Shown: positions 1 through 13,619 of the stretch, one piece after another
How the letters are laid out: each line of letters begins with the position of its first letter
Position numbering within the stretch: position 1 is the stretch's first letter
Assembly (NCBI GenBank): GCA_002633005.1
Contig: NMRA01000177.1
Location: 697,942-761,941 of the forward strand
Direction: 5' to 3'
Length of the DNA: 64,000 bases
From: Phoronis australis
Taxonomy: Eukaryota; Animalia; Phoronida
Notes under the pieces: generated by a model
Told to the model about the DNA's origin: nothing
What the model saw: only the letters and a program-made list of their open reading frames with translations
Databases searched by the model: none
Made by a program: the position numbers and the translations under genes

Positions 1-729
1 GAGAGGCCATTTTTCGATATTCGATTTCGTAGCATTCAACAGTTTTTGAGCCATAGTTGAATGGCCCAATTTAATTAAAAACTGGCGCCTGCTGGGTTGG
101 GTAGGGAGTTTTAGTTGTGTGTTGCACGTGAATGCTACGATTGTAATTTGTTTGATTTTTGAGTCTGTTTTGGGTTAATGATTGCTAGTTGTTGACCGCC
201 CACATTTTGTTCAGTCGTGAATTTTCAAGTTCTCAAAATCTTTACCGCTTGCAAGCGGGAAGTTGAAACTTAGCACTAACTTAGCTACCCTCTAGACGCT
301 TTGGATTTGTAAAAAATCTGGCTGGTCGACACCCAGATTTAATCTAATTTCTATAACCTGAAGAGTTTTGGTAATCTGAATGCACTGTCTCTGAGTTAAT
401 AGACACGACCTTGACGGCACTTTCAGTAATCGTAAAAGATGGAAAATTGGCCTTGGAATTAGTTTCCATGGACCGTGTACAACTGAAGGTTTTTGTAGAC
501 TTTGACTTTAAGTATCGTCAGATTTTGTATGCCTGAGAAACATAGTGTTGGAGCTGTCAAGACCTGTTTTTTTCGAGCCCAAAATCAGCAAATTTTGTTG
601 AGTGCCACCTTTGACGAGGTGTATGCGCACCATTCTCGAGTTATTCGAGATTTTCTGTTCTGATGACTACTCTTGACTGATTCCGTAATACTGTTTTCTT
701 GGCTTATCATTCACTGTATTAGACCCTAT

Positions 730-965
730 CGTCATCATAGTTTTTCATCCATTTTCATCAAGTGTACAAGGTTGTGTTTCATAAAATCGATTTTGTTATA
801 GTTGTTCGTCGTCATTATCATGGTCACCATCATTTTCATTCATTTTCACCAATTTCGAGGACATGCATCGTTTATTTTCACCATCATCATCGTCGTCATC
901 GTCGTCGTCGTTGTCGTCGTCATAGGCATCATCATGATAATCATCATCATTTTCATTTCATCTTT
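730..965. repeat. Low-complexity (CAT/CGT)n trinucleotide-rich tract
   Basis: Degenerate catcatcat/cgtcgtcgt runs; explains the His/Arg-rich ORF 762-1043. Confidence 0.85.
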
Positions 966-1147
966 CCATTCACTTTGTTAATTTCGCCAAGTGTTTGCTT
1001 TTCAGAGCGCTTTCTTCGTTTCGATTTTCTTGTATCGAAGTAGAACATTGCGAGATAAAAGGAGACATTACCTTCACGTCATGAGGCAATCCTGACACTG
1101 CACAGCCGGGGATCCACGTGAGGTTCTCAGTGTCCGGTTGCATGAAA

Positions 1148-1548
1148 CAGTCCCAAATAGGGACTCAACTAAGTTCCCTAAATCTACTGCGCATTTTTGG
1201 ACTTGTGAAAACATCGATTGCCCTTTCTTGCATTTTTAGTTTCATAACTAAAAGACAATTTTTGACTTTGATTCAAACTGAGGGTGAACTGAACGTTGAA
1301 ATGTCAATGTTATCTAAAATAAGTAGGGATCTTTTCATGCAACACTCCCAATTTAAGGACTAAGTCCCTATTTAATTTCAATGATCTCTGTTCTCAGTTC
1401 TTAGTTATATTATTAGAAAATGTCTTTAATCAAAGACAAGCTAATGATAGAGATGAAATGATAGAAAAATATTGCATATGTGAGTCCATAAAGACACAAA
1501 TATGCACAAAGACTTAGGGACCTTAGTTGAGTCCCTCTTTGGCCACTG
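1148..1548. mobile_element. MITE with about 35-bp terminal inverted repeats
   Basis: cagtcccaaatagggactcaactaagttccctaaatct at the left; agacttagggaccttagttgagtccctctttggccactg at the right; AT-rich interior; no clear TSD. Confidence 0.65.
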
Positions 1549-3599
1549 GAGCTCACGCTCAGTGCTTTTCAGTTACGCGCAAGACTACAGACCTTGAGCG
1601 AGGTTAAGTATGGCGATTCTGTCCCACTCGTTTCATCCAAATTTCCAAACCTTTCAAAGCTTTTGTCACTTTTCGGTATTTGTTGTGCAACCACTGTAAA
1701 ACCAAGAAGGCATCCAGGTAAAAAGTAAAATCGTTTGTTATCACTTCAAACTGTCTTTTACATTCTGCCTTTCACTCGCAATGACCGAACCTCTTTCAGT
1801 AAAAATGAGACCTCACTCTTTCAGAGGCTCATCTTTCTAAGTGAACCTTTTGTAGGGAAAAAATCCACGAACGCACCCTTTCGGAGAAACTTTTTCGGCG
1901 AAGGTATTCTTACATGGCTTCATCCACCTTCTGAGTGGCAAGATTTATTAAAGCTCACAAGACCGATCTTAGCTGAAACGATAGTTCGACTGTCAATTTG
2001 CACACAGTGTGTTAATGTGAATCGTGAAGACTATTGTTTAACGAACATTAAACTATTTCACGGTCGAAAAACGCATTTTACGATCATCGCAAAATGGGAT
2101 AGACGTTTTTAAAGTTTTAATTAGCTTTGACCAGAGCTATAAAACAACAAGATCCGATTTTGTTAGAACTGCCCAATACTCGCCGTTGTCTTCCGGCATA
2201 TATTCGATGAAATTAAGACCGGTGACCAGCCAAATACGCTCACTGAAGGCTACTCTGCTATCTATCGAGAGAGGTTTAGCTCCAACAGCAGAGGTTTGAC
2301 TGCGACTGCGAGGGCTGCAGGGATCGTTTCCTCGCTGAAGGACATCTCAGAAAACGACTCTCGTCGATGATGTCCCTTTAACTCTGAATGTGGAAAATTG
2401 TTAACTTTACATCAGTTTCAACCATTTCGCAGTCCTGAAATCGTCACGTTTTCAATAAGTGATGCCCACAAATGTCTTAGCTACCGGGTCCCTAAAGAAC
2501 AGACAAAGACATTTTCATTCTAATACCAGTTATATTGAAGAAAAGTTACACCAATGTAAATAATACTCACTGAAGATGCCTCACATAGAATTTTGTGTTG
2601 TTTTTATTTTATTCTTTTTGCAGGGCGGTTTATTTACATTCCATCGTGACAGCATTATCGCAAACATTGACGTAGATTTATGTGTATTTGTTTGACCTCG
2701 AGATTTACTTATTAAAATCGAAGGTCACCAGGCAAAGTTTTCTTTAGCCACATATTACCTAACAATTTCTTGATTTGTAAATTCTTCTAATAGAGGCTTT
2801 CACTTATTTCACAAAATAATAATACGCCAGTCGGTATCATGTTGAGTCTAATCGGTATAGCTTTACTAGCGCTATCTATTGTGTGATTTCAGATCGTAAG
2901 GTCACCCAGTCATCAGGCGGCGAGACTGTCTCGTCTAGGAGTCGCCTAACCCAGGAATGAAAACAGCTTGTGGTGAAAGGCGGCGACATATCGATCAAAA
3001 CTAGTTCGACAGAGACAATTTCCGACAACGGGATAAAATGAAGCCCAGTTATCGAAAGTAGAAGTGGTCGCTTGTTTGATATTACAAGATTTATCGCGTG
3101 AAGTTGAAAATATCGCACATGATTATGAGAGATAATCTGAGCAAATCTAAGAAAGATAGCATACGACTGGGTTCCAACCTCCAGCGGGAAGTCGGCTTTC
3201 TGCAAGCCCAAAATGCAATCATGTTCCTGACTGTATTGACTTCCTTTTCTGATGTGGATGTTCACTAGAAATAGGTGTCGCATCAGTGCTCAGTGCTTTC
3301 TGCGAACTAAAACCTCCGCTACGTGGACAATAACTAACTATATGCTTCAGTTACCCAGCTGACGATTAACACAGAATTAAAAGAAAAAGAGAATTATTGC
3401 GAAGAGGAAAGTGACCAATCTGTGTCTTTGCTGGAAAGGCCAACCTTCGTCGTTAAGTTATTCGACGTCATTTTTATGATCAATCATGGGCCAGAATAGA
3501 TCGAAACCGACTAGTTTCTGCAGGTACTGCTCTATTGGTGGTAAAAGCATGACAGTTTTGCATGGTATCAAATTATAGAAAAAACTTTAAAAAGTCGAA

Positions 3600-4065
3600 T
3601 GGAATTTGCTTACAGAGGAAAAGGCTCCCAAGCGTAACAAATCAAGCGTAGTCTATGGTGTAAGTTCAGTGCAAGGACCCCCATTGCTCAGTCGCTATGT
3701 AGGTGAAACAAAATTAAGTCTTTAAAAATACAACATCGTCGCCGTAGTTACGAGGACACTTATGACTCGGCTATTTTTGGTCACTTATGCGCCACAGAAC
3801 ATGGTTTTGATACTGGTGTTGTCACTATTCTAGACTGTGAGGAAATTTAGTTCAGAAGGGGTGTCAAGGAAGCTCTACACGAGCGCCCCTCTCTGAACAT
3901 ACTGTCACAGCCTTATGGGATTGTGTCCTGATCTAGATGCCATGTCGTCTGGCTAAAACGCTACCTATTGACCAGAACGATAGTAACACCACTTGCGAAG
4001 CTTATGTCTGTGAGCGACGGACGCAACCGTCGCTCACTCAAGTAAGTAAATTCCAGTATTCGACT
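3600..4065 (+). mobile_element. Penelope-like retroelement remnant (degraded GIY-YIG endonuclease and 3' end)
   Basis: Interrupted translation SSVVYG...YVGETK...DSAIFGHLCATEHGFDT..VTILDCE..FRRGVKEALHER.SLN; homologous to 18655-18980. Confidence 0.8.
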
Positions 4066-5899
4066 TTTAATTTTTTTTCTATATTTCTTGTCAATTATTG
4101 GCTTACGAATTTTAATTATGAAATGGAAATGTCTCAGTGCTTTCTTGAACGGTACGCTATGCGTGTGCTTTGGTTTGGACGTTCGTCGTTAGCATATGAT
4201 GATCCGGAAAATCCTTTTGTTGTTTTCAGGGTTTGGTGCCTTGTAATCTTGTGTGCGTTAAAATACACGAATGATTGTTGAATGCACGGATTAAGTCTGT
4301 TCTTGTTGTATTATTCAAAGTGGCTCTCTGCCACTAAACAGAAGACAAACTGCTCATCAGGTATTTTTACGGATTGTTCGTAAAAAAAATCAAATTTCTG
4401 TTGACGTCAAAGCATTTTTCCTTTAGTTTCATCATAGAACTCTAGCCCTGGAATGCCAACTCTGATCTCGCGACCGCTCCGGTTGCGTCGCGCATGAGTG
4501 ATAGTTGTTTGTATTCGTTTGTTCCGGTGTGTATATTTGGTGTGGAAATTAATACTTTTCGTAACTCCGCCGTTTTTCAAAGGAATTGCATAAGAGCCAA
4601 ATCATTAGAAAGCCCTTTGTCAGTTCTTGATGATTATACCAGAAGCAAAAGATAAACAATTTAACTCATAAATAATTATCATTTCGCATACCGGACTGGT
4701 TTAGAAATGCTTTTTAATTCTAAAAACCAAGAGTGTTAACAAAATGGGAGAAATAACAGCGTGTAATAGTAACACAAAGAAGGAAATGAACCAGTGAGGT
4801 TATATAAATCATGAATAGTTAAAATATCAGGGAAATTTCATGATACAAAAGATTTCATCCCGTGTAAAGACAACGGTTTTAGAAAATGGATGCATGACAC
4901 TTGCTGTGGATAATTTAGCCAGGCATTCTTCCAAAATTATACACCTTTACATATCGTAATTGATTGGACTTATGGTGCCATTTGATACAATTATACTGAT
5001 AAACTACTCCAAGTATCTATCCGAAATTTTCAGAACTTGTGATAGATAAAAAAACGTGAAAATATCTATCAGGTAGTACTGTGGATAGCTCATCAAATGG
5101 GTTGCAGTGTAGGACTTCCCATAAAGATTAGAAATAAACTTTTTTTCTCCAAAAAGTAAATGTTAGTTATCCTGATACATGTAGTGTAAGTTACCGTAAA
5201 CACATTTTTACGACTGTTATGTTACTAAAGAAAGTGGACCCTGGACAATGATAGTAAAAGAGACGATGTTATTTTGAACATCTGTCGCGTACAGTAGTTG
5301 TCACGGTCAACATTCATGAACGAGAAAAACGGAACAACTTGATTGAAAAGCGGGACTTCAGGATAAAAAGCTGGACATCTAGGTCTAAGTCAAAACGTAA
5401 GGATGAAATGTGCTATATATCATTAGCGGCAAAATTGAAACAGTATTGGGATAAAAGAGTTTTTATCCCATACGCGTCGAATAAGTGGTATTGCTTTCCG
5501 TACTGCACTCCCGGGACTACTTTCAACAGTGCCCTCTATACTCTGATATGGAAAGTACTAGGGTACAAAAGGTAGGTCAAAGTCGACTCGACGTTGCAGT
5601 AAGTGGCTCTATGACTTCAAACTTTCCCAAAATAGTTTAAAGTGATACAGTTACAACAGCATAAATAACACTCAACATGCAGTCAGGTCACAAACTTACA
5701 AATGGTACAAATCAATTATATAACTCCTATGTCTCAATTTTATTTGCTAAAATATCATTACAGTTTTAGTGTTAAACCGACGTCATAACATTCAGCCATT
5801 CCCATTGGTTGAAATCTGGGAAACCCCTTTCAGTTTACTGGTACGTAATATAGCGACCACCTTTGATTTGAATAGTTGCAATTTATTAAAACGGGCAGT

Positions 5900-6030
5900 G
5901 ATCGAAGTAAATAAAATCAAGGAAATCCCAATCCAGTGGCTAAAGCCCAAACAAGTACAGTGCATAAAGGCGTGTGTAAGTGGTGGCGATGTGATTGGTA
6001 TTGGACGGAATTCCGTGTGTCGTTCATCAT
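5900..6030 (+). pseudogene. Fragment of a RecQ-like SF2 helicase N-terminus, probably transposon-derived
   Basis: LKPKQVQCIKACVSGGDVIG resembles the Q-motif region preceding Walker A; the frame is lost before a GKS motif. Confidence 0.4.
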
Positions 6031-9000
6031 GTTTCCACAGGGTCACTTTTCAGTGCAGGTGGTGCCGTGTCAGATGATAAAAGATCGTCTACAACTCAGG
6101 CCGGCACCGATTCCTCGAAAACTACAATGTTTAATATTCTTGCTATTTATTTTCAGAAATGTTACAAGGCTAATGCACAATTACCATTGTTATCTCTTTT
6201 CAAGTAATAATTAGTTACACTCAATACTGTTTTCTTTTACTGGAGTAACTATACTTATAAATTAACGAGCAAGTATTACGCTATAGGTTGTGATCCGTCA
6301 CGTGGGTTGCCAGTCTTGGTGAAGAATTAAAAAAAAATTAAAAGAAACTTAAGAATTCAAAGGGTATGGGACAAATACGATATCGGTCGATAGGCGGAAT
6401 AATTTCAAGTGGGATATTTCTTCATCTACGTCACTCTCGGTACGTTTTGTGTATGTATTTCTTCTGTCTTTCAAAAATAGTGAATCTGACAATTTTTCAA
6501 GTGATTCTAGTCGGTAAATCAACCCTTAAACAGAGCTGAGTATTGACTAAACAAACTCCTGCAATATTCAAACTGAATAATTCTCACATTAACATCCCCC
6601 AAGAAGCAGACTCGTCACGATCTGTTTAAAGGGTATTTTTACGAATTTTCAAGTTCCACACCTCTTTAAAAGCGTGGCAAATCCAATTTAAACCAATTAA
6701 CAGATATATGTAGCTCACAAGTCTTCTGTTATCACTATAGACTTGTCATTTGTCAGGCCAGTGAAGGTGGCCCCGAGGCAGAGGGTATGTTCGCTGGCTC
6801 CTCGAGCCAGTTTTTCATCGTCACCTTTACAAATTCCCATATCATGAACGTACGATTCTCTGTTGAAAAGCATCGCCTCTTGTCTCTGTCGAAGCGTTTT
6901 CAAATAGTGCAAAAACACTCATCGATTCCACCAGGAACGTCGTTTAGCGACAGTGTATTTGCCTCTGACATCTCGGCGGAGCTTGCGATAGGTCAATTCA
7001 CGCGGCGGACATTAAATCCAAAGCGAGGCTCACTGCGATAAACAAAGATTAAGTTGACCTTGCGTGAGTTAAATGGTCGGTCTTTCGAGTCCAACTTGGA
7101 TATTAAATCTTAAAAATGTGTCGATAATTAGCCAAAGAGACGTAGAAAAATATATCAGAGGACAAATCAATGGACCAAAGAGTTGTCTGACGAAAGGGTA
7201 TATTTTTTTTCCGGAAAACAAGGTTCGAAACATGGAAAGTAAATATGACTAAATTAAGGCGATCGCGTTAGGGATTAGGTATTATGCTGAATGCAGTGTT
7301 ACGCTTCTTCTTGTAAATCGTTGATAAAAATGCTTTCTACACGAACCAGGCCATCTGCTCGTATTTTGATGTCATGTGCAATTAGTCACATCTCGTTTAA
7401 TTTGTTGACAAAGAATATTAACATCAAGCATAGCCTAAGTCATGGTGAGGTCAGTAGTGACTACCGGGACTAATAGTTGATTTGTCATTGATCTGAAAGA
7501 ATAATTGATGTTATTAAATATATGTTTTATTAAAATAAAAAACCAGGCTCGTAATTGAAAATAAAAATTATTTGATCACCAGTTCTGCTTTCTTGGTGTT
7601 AAAAACTCTTACGTCTATTTCTTGTGTTAGGATTCAAATTTGGACCAAGTTGAATTTTAAAATCAAAACACCAAATTCGTTCGTCCAAAGCATATACCTC
7701 GTTTTAGAGCTCAATTTCAGTTAACTGGACAGAACAAGCATAGTTATCATGTTTCTTCAGGGGCCTCGTTTATCCGAGGGGAAAAGTGTTTGTGCCTTCT
7801 GAGAGGGCATTCTTTCGCCGAGAGTGAGGGGAAATCTACCTCCCGATCAACAGCACTCTCTCCCTGTTGCAAGCTCTCATAGGCTCTGTCTCACGTAGCA
7901 TTTTGTGCTCTTTCAAATTGTCACCTGTGTGGTTACAGGTGATTGCGGAGAGATTTTTTCAATCACTGTGGGGAATTTTTAGGCATCGTTGGGGGACTGA
8001 GCTAGGCTAGATACCATCTCCAACCTTAAATGCTAGAATGGCGTTAATCAGTCGTGTAAGATATCGGCTACAGGGGTCATCTTCCCATCTCGTTTTTGGG
8101 TTATAGAGTCGAACAAGTTGGGAGCAAGGGTAAAACGCCGTAATGAATTTCGCGTGATTTTTCTATATTTTTAAGAGGGAAATAGGGCCGATATTCGGTC
8201 CCAAAATCGAGAGATTGAGGTCCCTGTCCTTTTTGGAAAGAAAAATCATGTTTCAACCCGTAGCATGGACGGCGCGCANGGTCTATAGGCGGTGCACCAA
8301 GAGGGCTGAGGAGGCTTGAGCCCCCCACTTTTTTCAGTGCTGCGCCACCCATGCGTAGTCATGAAAACACAGTCTGGCTAGCAGAAGATTTTCCGGTCGT
8401 CGGGGTGCTATGATGTTCGGCAACCGAGATGCGACAAAATATGGCCTAACTTTTCGAAAACATTTATAAATTTTACACGGACATATTTTCCTTCGTCGCG
8501 GCGTATGGCAACGACCCGACGCTTCGAATCTCAACGTCCTTAGGGAGAACAGACAGTTGAGAGTCCGTATTTTTTCAAGCCGTTCAAGCAACAGGAATGC
8601 AACTCGATAAGCCAACAGAGCTATCGTAGCGAGCCTCGTTTTCGAACACGCCTCCTGTCGGCGTGAATTGGGTTCATGGTGCATAGCGCCCGTCTTCTTG
8701 TTTTCCTCGCGCCGAGACATTTTGCTACCAAAACGCATCACGCCCAACTTAACTAGTTGGCGGTCTGTTTGCGGACAGCAACTTGAATGTTACTTCCCCC
8801 CATTTGGTCGATTACTAAATGAACGCTGAAATAAATTTCGTGTCTTGCTAATCCCTAGTCAAGGCTATAGTTTTACTCGATCGAACGAAAATTCAACATC
8901 TCTTCTGTGAATATAATTCTGCAAATATTGAACAGGGGTGGAAATGTAGACCACAAACATTTTTGTGAATCTGGTCTGCACGTCACCTGGTGGCCACATC

Positions 9001-9493
9001 ATTACGTCACGTGATTTTGCCAACAGGTGGCGTGCAAACCAGGCTTACAAAATGTTTGCAGTGATCTTCGTGTGCGAGTGTTGCGAACAGAACATTATCA
9101 TCTTGTTCCAAAGGAGATGAGTGAACAGGAGTCCATTAACAGAGGATCACGTTTTTATAGGTATTTCAGACTCATGCTCAGACAATCTTTACATAAATGC
9201 GATCCACTGAAAGGTAAACTACTAACAGTCTTTGAATGTTTCTAAAACCGCTTAGACCTAAATAGTTGCGTGATTTTCGTTTTCTGACTAGCGAATGTTC
9301 GTAAATCGTGTACTCTTGCCGTAAGACAAAAAATCCAAAGATAATATATCAAGCTGTCAGGAATTGACATTGATATGATCGAGTGACGCGCGAAACTGTC
9401 ATTTATGAGCGCGCATTTTGAGACGCCACTTGTGTAGTTTTTTCTTTGATCGCTTGTTGCTTGTTCTTGTGTTGGATTTCAGGAACTGTAAAT

Positions 9494-12400
9494 ATGTTTA
9501 TTTGGGTAAGGTAAGATACTAGATTTCTTAGAATGTTTTGAATTTATTGTTACGCCGTTTTTGAAGAACATACTCTTCAGCATAATGCGTTAAAATTTCA
9601 AAGCTTGTAAACTGATAAATCGATATTGCTCTGTTGTTGTATTGACGCCTCTTTTAAGGAAAGTCTTTGTTGACCTTGTTAGTCGTACGTTTGATCGTCG
9701 CAACAAATCGCTTTCAACTTTATTCAACTTTGGTTGAAATGAGAAGATAAAATACCAATGGAAGCTAACGTTTTTCATCTTAATGACAACGGTTAGAACT
9801 CATCGTCGCAGCCACGACCTGTCGCACGACCATTGTTGTAGATCAATCCCAAGGCCCGCAACAGTGGTTGCAGTGGCGTTCGGGCCAAAACGTTAACAAT
9901 ACCCAAAGCAATAAGATCTAAACTTATTAAGACAATTATAAAGATTTCCGATAATACCCTGACCAGACATTTCTACAGATTTTCAATGACCAAACATGGT
10001 CTTCTCCAAAGTAATGCGTTTTCTGGGAAAATGTTAAATTTACAACACACCAGAAAACGTCGTTATGTCCTGTGAACAAAATAGCCTATGTAGATTTTTC
10101 TTTTTTGCCAGAGGTGCCTTTGTTCAAGGGGCTGTAAGGGAAAAAGGTAATTATGTGACCACTGTTTCTTTGTAGATTTGTAGTGAGCAATACAAAATAT
10201 GAAAATTTAAGAAACTAACGATTAAAACGTCATTTTTTTGCATCATTCTCAAGCTTTTGGTTGTGTAAAGTTGAAAACAAAACGCTCACGAGACTCTCAT
10301 GTGCCGTTTGCTCGATGTTTGCGACACGATAACAACTTCGCCGAAGGAATATTTGCCCGGAATTTTAGTTGACATGTAATGAAATATTAGAAACTAAAAA
10401 TGAAGGGAAATCAATTCTTGTAATTTGGTGTGAACAGTACGCCACCTTGTGGAAGAACAGCTGACTGAAGAATTGCTGTACGTGAACTTGGAATCCTGCT
10501 TAATCTCAAGATTAAGCGGAAGTGAGTGTTGCGTGAACTTGGAATACGCGAGGCAACTTGACAAGTTCACTCAAATAATCACGTTCATGTTCATAAAAAT
10601 TTTCACTGCACTAAATCAAGTTACATTTGAATAAAATAATGTCAATTTTAACCAACCTTTTCAACTACGGGCGATCAGTTTCACCAAACATTAATGGATT
10701 TAGCCGTTCACATATTCCTCCGGTTCAGTTACGGTAAAGGAGAAAATAGTTGACCGAAAGGCCAATAATTACAAACATTCTTTTCACCGAACAAAAATTT
10801 CCCCTTTTTACCTTAAAGGCGAAGGCAACCTTTTTCATGTCACTTTTAGAAAAAATAAGATTCGTTGATTATCCCAGACACATTTTTCACTTAATTACAT
10901 CTTTTCGTAATTTGATTAATTGCTCGTCTTCTACTCCGGAAGTGACGTTTTGGGAGGCAAGAGTTTCGCGCCAATTTCTTTTCATTAAAGTCTGACCGTG
11001 AGAGCAGTCGAGTCAGTCATTGTTCTACCTCGTTTATGATAAGTTCGGTCGTCGTTTGCTTTTGTTTACAAGTCAGTCAACATACCACGCTGTTGCTACG
11101 TGCCGGGATGTACTCATTATCGTCTCACACGCGCTTTGGGTACCTTGCGTCGCTTTCCGAAGGATGACACACGTACTTGGCTAGCTCGTTCATGTGAAGA
11201 ACGCAGCGCTACCCGTCCACGCAACGTACAAAGCAATGGAGGGTTACCGAGTGTCTGGCAAGCATTTTCTGCCGTCAGATTATGACAGATATGTACGCTG
11301 AATTGATGAAAGTCCCTGCGAAACAACGCCTGAAGAAGGGTACCATACCGTCGCTGTTGATTCCCGGCAGTGCCCCATCGCCAACCCCGAGAAGTGCGTT
11401 TTTGAAGCGAGAAGCCTCGCGAGCTGTGGCCACTATATACAGTGACTGGAAGCACTTCATCTACTGTTACCCGTGTCTCCGAACGTACCCCATTGCGTGC
11501 AATTCCGGGAACTAGCAGTGATTCGCCCTGTGCTCATCTCTAGCCCAGAGCCTATAAGCAGCCCTGCAGCGATGTTGAGTAGTGGGAGTGAATACAGGCC
11601 CAGTTCGACACCCAGTGAAGAGGACAGTTCGTCATCCAATGAACAGATCGGTGAGCCTAAGTTTGACAAAATTATTGTGGACTTGTATTGGAGCTATTTG
11701 GAAGGTGCCAGGTGTGTGGTGCGGGAGTCACATGGCGGGATGTAAGCAGTTTGGGTGCTCAGATGACCCTTCAGTGGGAGTGTGTCGCGGGACACTCGGG
11801 CAAGAGAGACAGTTCTTCCTCTGTACGTGAGACGATAATGAGTACACCCCAGTACGCAACAACAGCGTGGCATGTTGACTGACTCGTAAGCAAAAGCAAA
11901 CGACGATCGAACTTATCACAACCGAGGTAGAACAATGACTGACTAGACTGCTCTCACAGTCAGACTATATGAAAAGAAATTGGCGCGAAATTCTTGCCTC
12001 CCAAAAGCTCACTTCTAGAGTAGACGACGACTAATTAATTAAATTACGAAAAGCAATAAATAAGTGAAAATATGTCTCGGATAATCAACTAACCTTATTT
12101 TTGCTAAAAATGACAAGAAAAAAGGTTGCCTTCGCCTTTAAAGAATATTCAATTCCTAGTTCACGCAACACTCACTTCCGCTTAATCTTGAGATTAAGCA
12201 GGATTCCAAGTTCAAGCACAGCAGAATAACGCGAAAAAGAAACTGGCGAACAGGTGGCGCTTTATTTCATGGCGACGGAAGCAAATGCATGTTAGTATAA
12301 ACAATTTAGCAACAGAACAACGATATAACCGTAACTTTAGCATCCGTAACCTATTCGCTTTGCTTAAGAAAGATTGTAAATTTAATGACGTAATTGTTTT

Positions 12401-13358
12401 GATTCATCAGTTTTCTATTTTCTGTTCTATGTCGTAGTTATGGAGATGGTTGGAGAACAATTGTCAATACCAACTGCAGGTCAGTTCATATCCTTTACTA
12501 CTTGAAGAAACTACTGGAGATGAGTGGAGCGGTAGAGGTGGCGGAGAAGGAATTTGACTTCAAGGCGACATCTGAAGGCAGGTTTTATGAACTGGTTATC
12601 CAACTGCGTCACCCAGAATCAACGGGCACCAGCATGTTTTAGCATGTCAAAATACACTCTTCCTTGGGTAAAGAAAATAGCTCACGTGGCTAAAACTATC
12701 GTTATTTCATTACTTTGCTGCTCAATTTGTGGAGCCCAAATTGTTCGAGACCCATGCAATGTAGCCGATTTCTCAATCAACTTCTCGTTCCAGCAGGTTG
12801 TGTACGGTTTAGCTTACAACAAATTACCAGCAGCAGCGGCGGCGGCGGCAGCAGCAGCAACCGAGTCGAGTGAACATTAGACTAAACATGCATATGTTCC
12901 ACATCAGGGGTTGAGGCAGGGAACCAGTCAGCTGCAATGGCAGCTACCTTCATGATGAACTTAGCCTCAGAACAATGATGTATCAGCACTTTGACAAGGC
13001 CTACCTAAGTGTCTAAACCCAGCCCAAGTTGCTAGTGTATGAAAATTTGGTTGCCGTTTGGATTTTCTTCATGATTACATGCAACATACAATGTAAGTGG
13101 TAAACGCATTGCGAAAAGTCTAAGAATCATCACTGCCAGATCTTGAAAAAGGGAATATATTTTTCAGGCACCTTCGATCTGTCCGATTACAACGGCAACG
13201 TGGTGAATATGCCACTACACCAGTGGGAGCTGATGTCGCCATACCTGAAACCACGTGAGGAATACGTCGTCGTCTATACCCACCCGGTCGATGGAACCAT
13301 ACCGGTCTACTCTAAGGAGCAGAGTATACAGCTGTTCCCGCACTTTTTCGGTGTGTGA
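9494..13358 (+). CDS. CXorf65/C22orf15-like small protein (PF15874-type), 3 coding exons: 9494-9510, 12438-~12523, 13168-13358
   Basis: Spliced product MFIWVSYGDGWRTIVNTNCRSVHILYYLKKLLEM..TFDLSDYNGNVVNMPLHQWELMSPYLKPREEYVVV resembles human CXorf65 (MFIFIKHGD..FLVNTNC..LLYYI...IDL). GTAAGA donor at 9511, acceptors gtcgtag (12437) and ttttcag (13167); the exon 2 donor is uncertain. Confidence 0.7.
10470..12225. repeat. Inverted-repeat element whose two arms flank the Kolobok-type insertion
   Basis: gtgaacttggaatcctgcttaatctcaagattaagcggaagtgagtgttgcgtgaac (~10482-10538) is inverted at ~12158-12215; related sequence at ~25335-25430 and ~25660-25735. Confidence 0.7.
10817..12137 (+). mobile_element. 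Kolobok-type DNA transposon derivative with THAP-domain relic and about 315-bp inverted arms
   Basis: TTAA|AGGCGAAGGCAACC ... GGTTGCCTTCGCCT|TTAA; frameshifted THAP motifs PRCCYVPGC...RFPKD...W...RVSGKHF...RLKKGTIPS at 11082-11360. Confidence 0.85.
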
Positions 13359-13619
13359 GGAATAATGCACTCGGGTGATAAAATTGATACGATGTCTTTA
13401 GCGGTTGAAGGGAGCCATTGCACCTAGGGAGACAGTTGTTAAGTTTACTCGTTCGAAATGATGTAGCTTAGAACATTCCACATCTCTTAATTGCGATCCG
13501 TTTCATAAAAAGCGACTGAAAAAGCTGCTTTAAACAATATGTTCTGAGTGTTAAAGACTTGAACTTTCTTCAAAGGCGTATCTGGTCTCCCAAAGCACCG
13601 TTCGCTTTCTTACCCCTTG

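Noticed and set aside
762-1043. His/Arg-rich protein
   Set aside because: Translation of a trinucleotide low-complexity tract.
12554-12880. Poly-alanine ORF
   Set aside because: Short (GCA/GCG)n microsatellite inside an intron; no supported exon structure.
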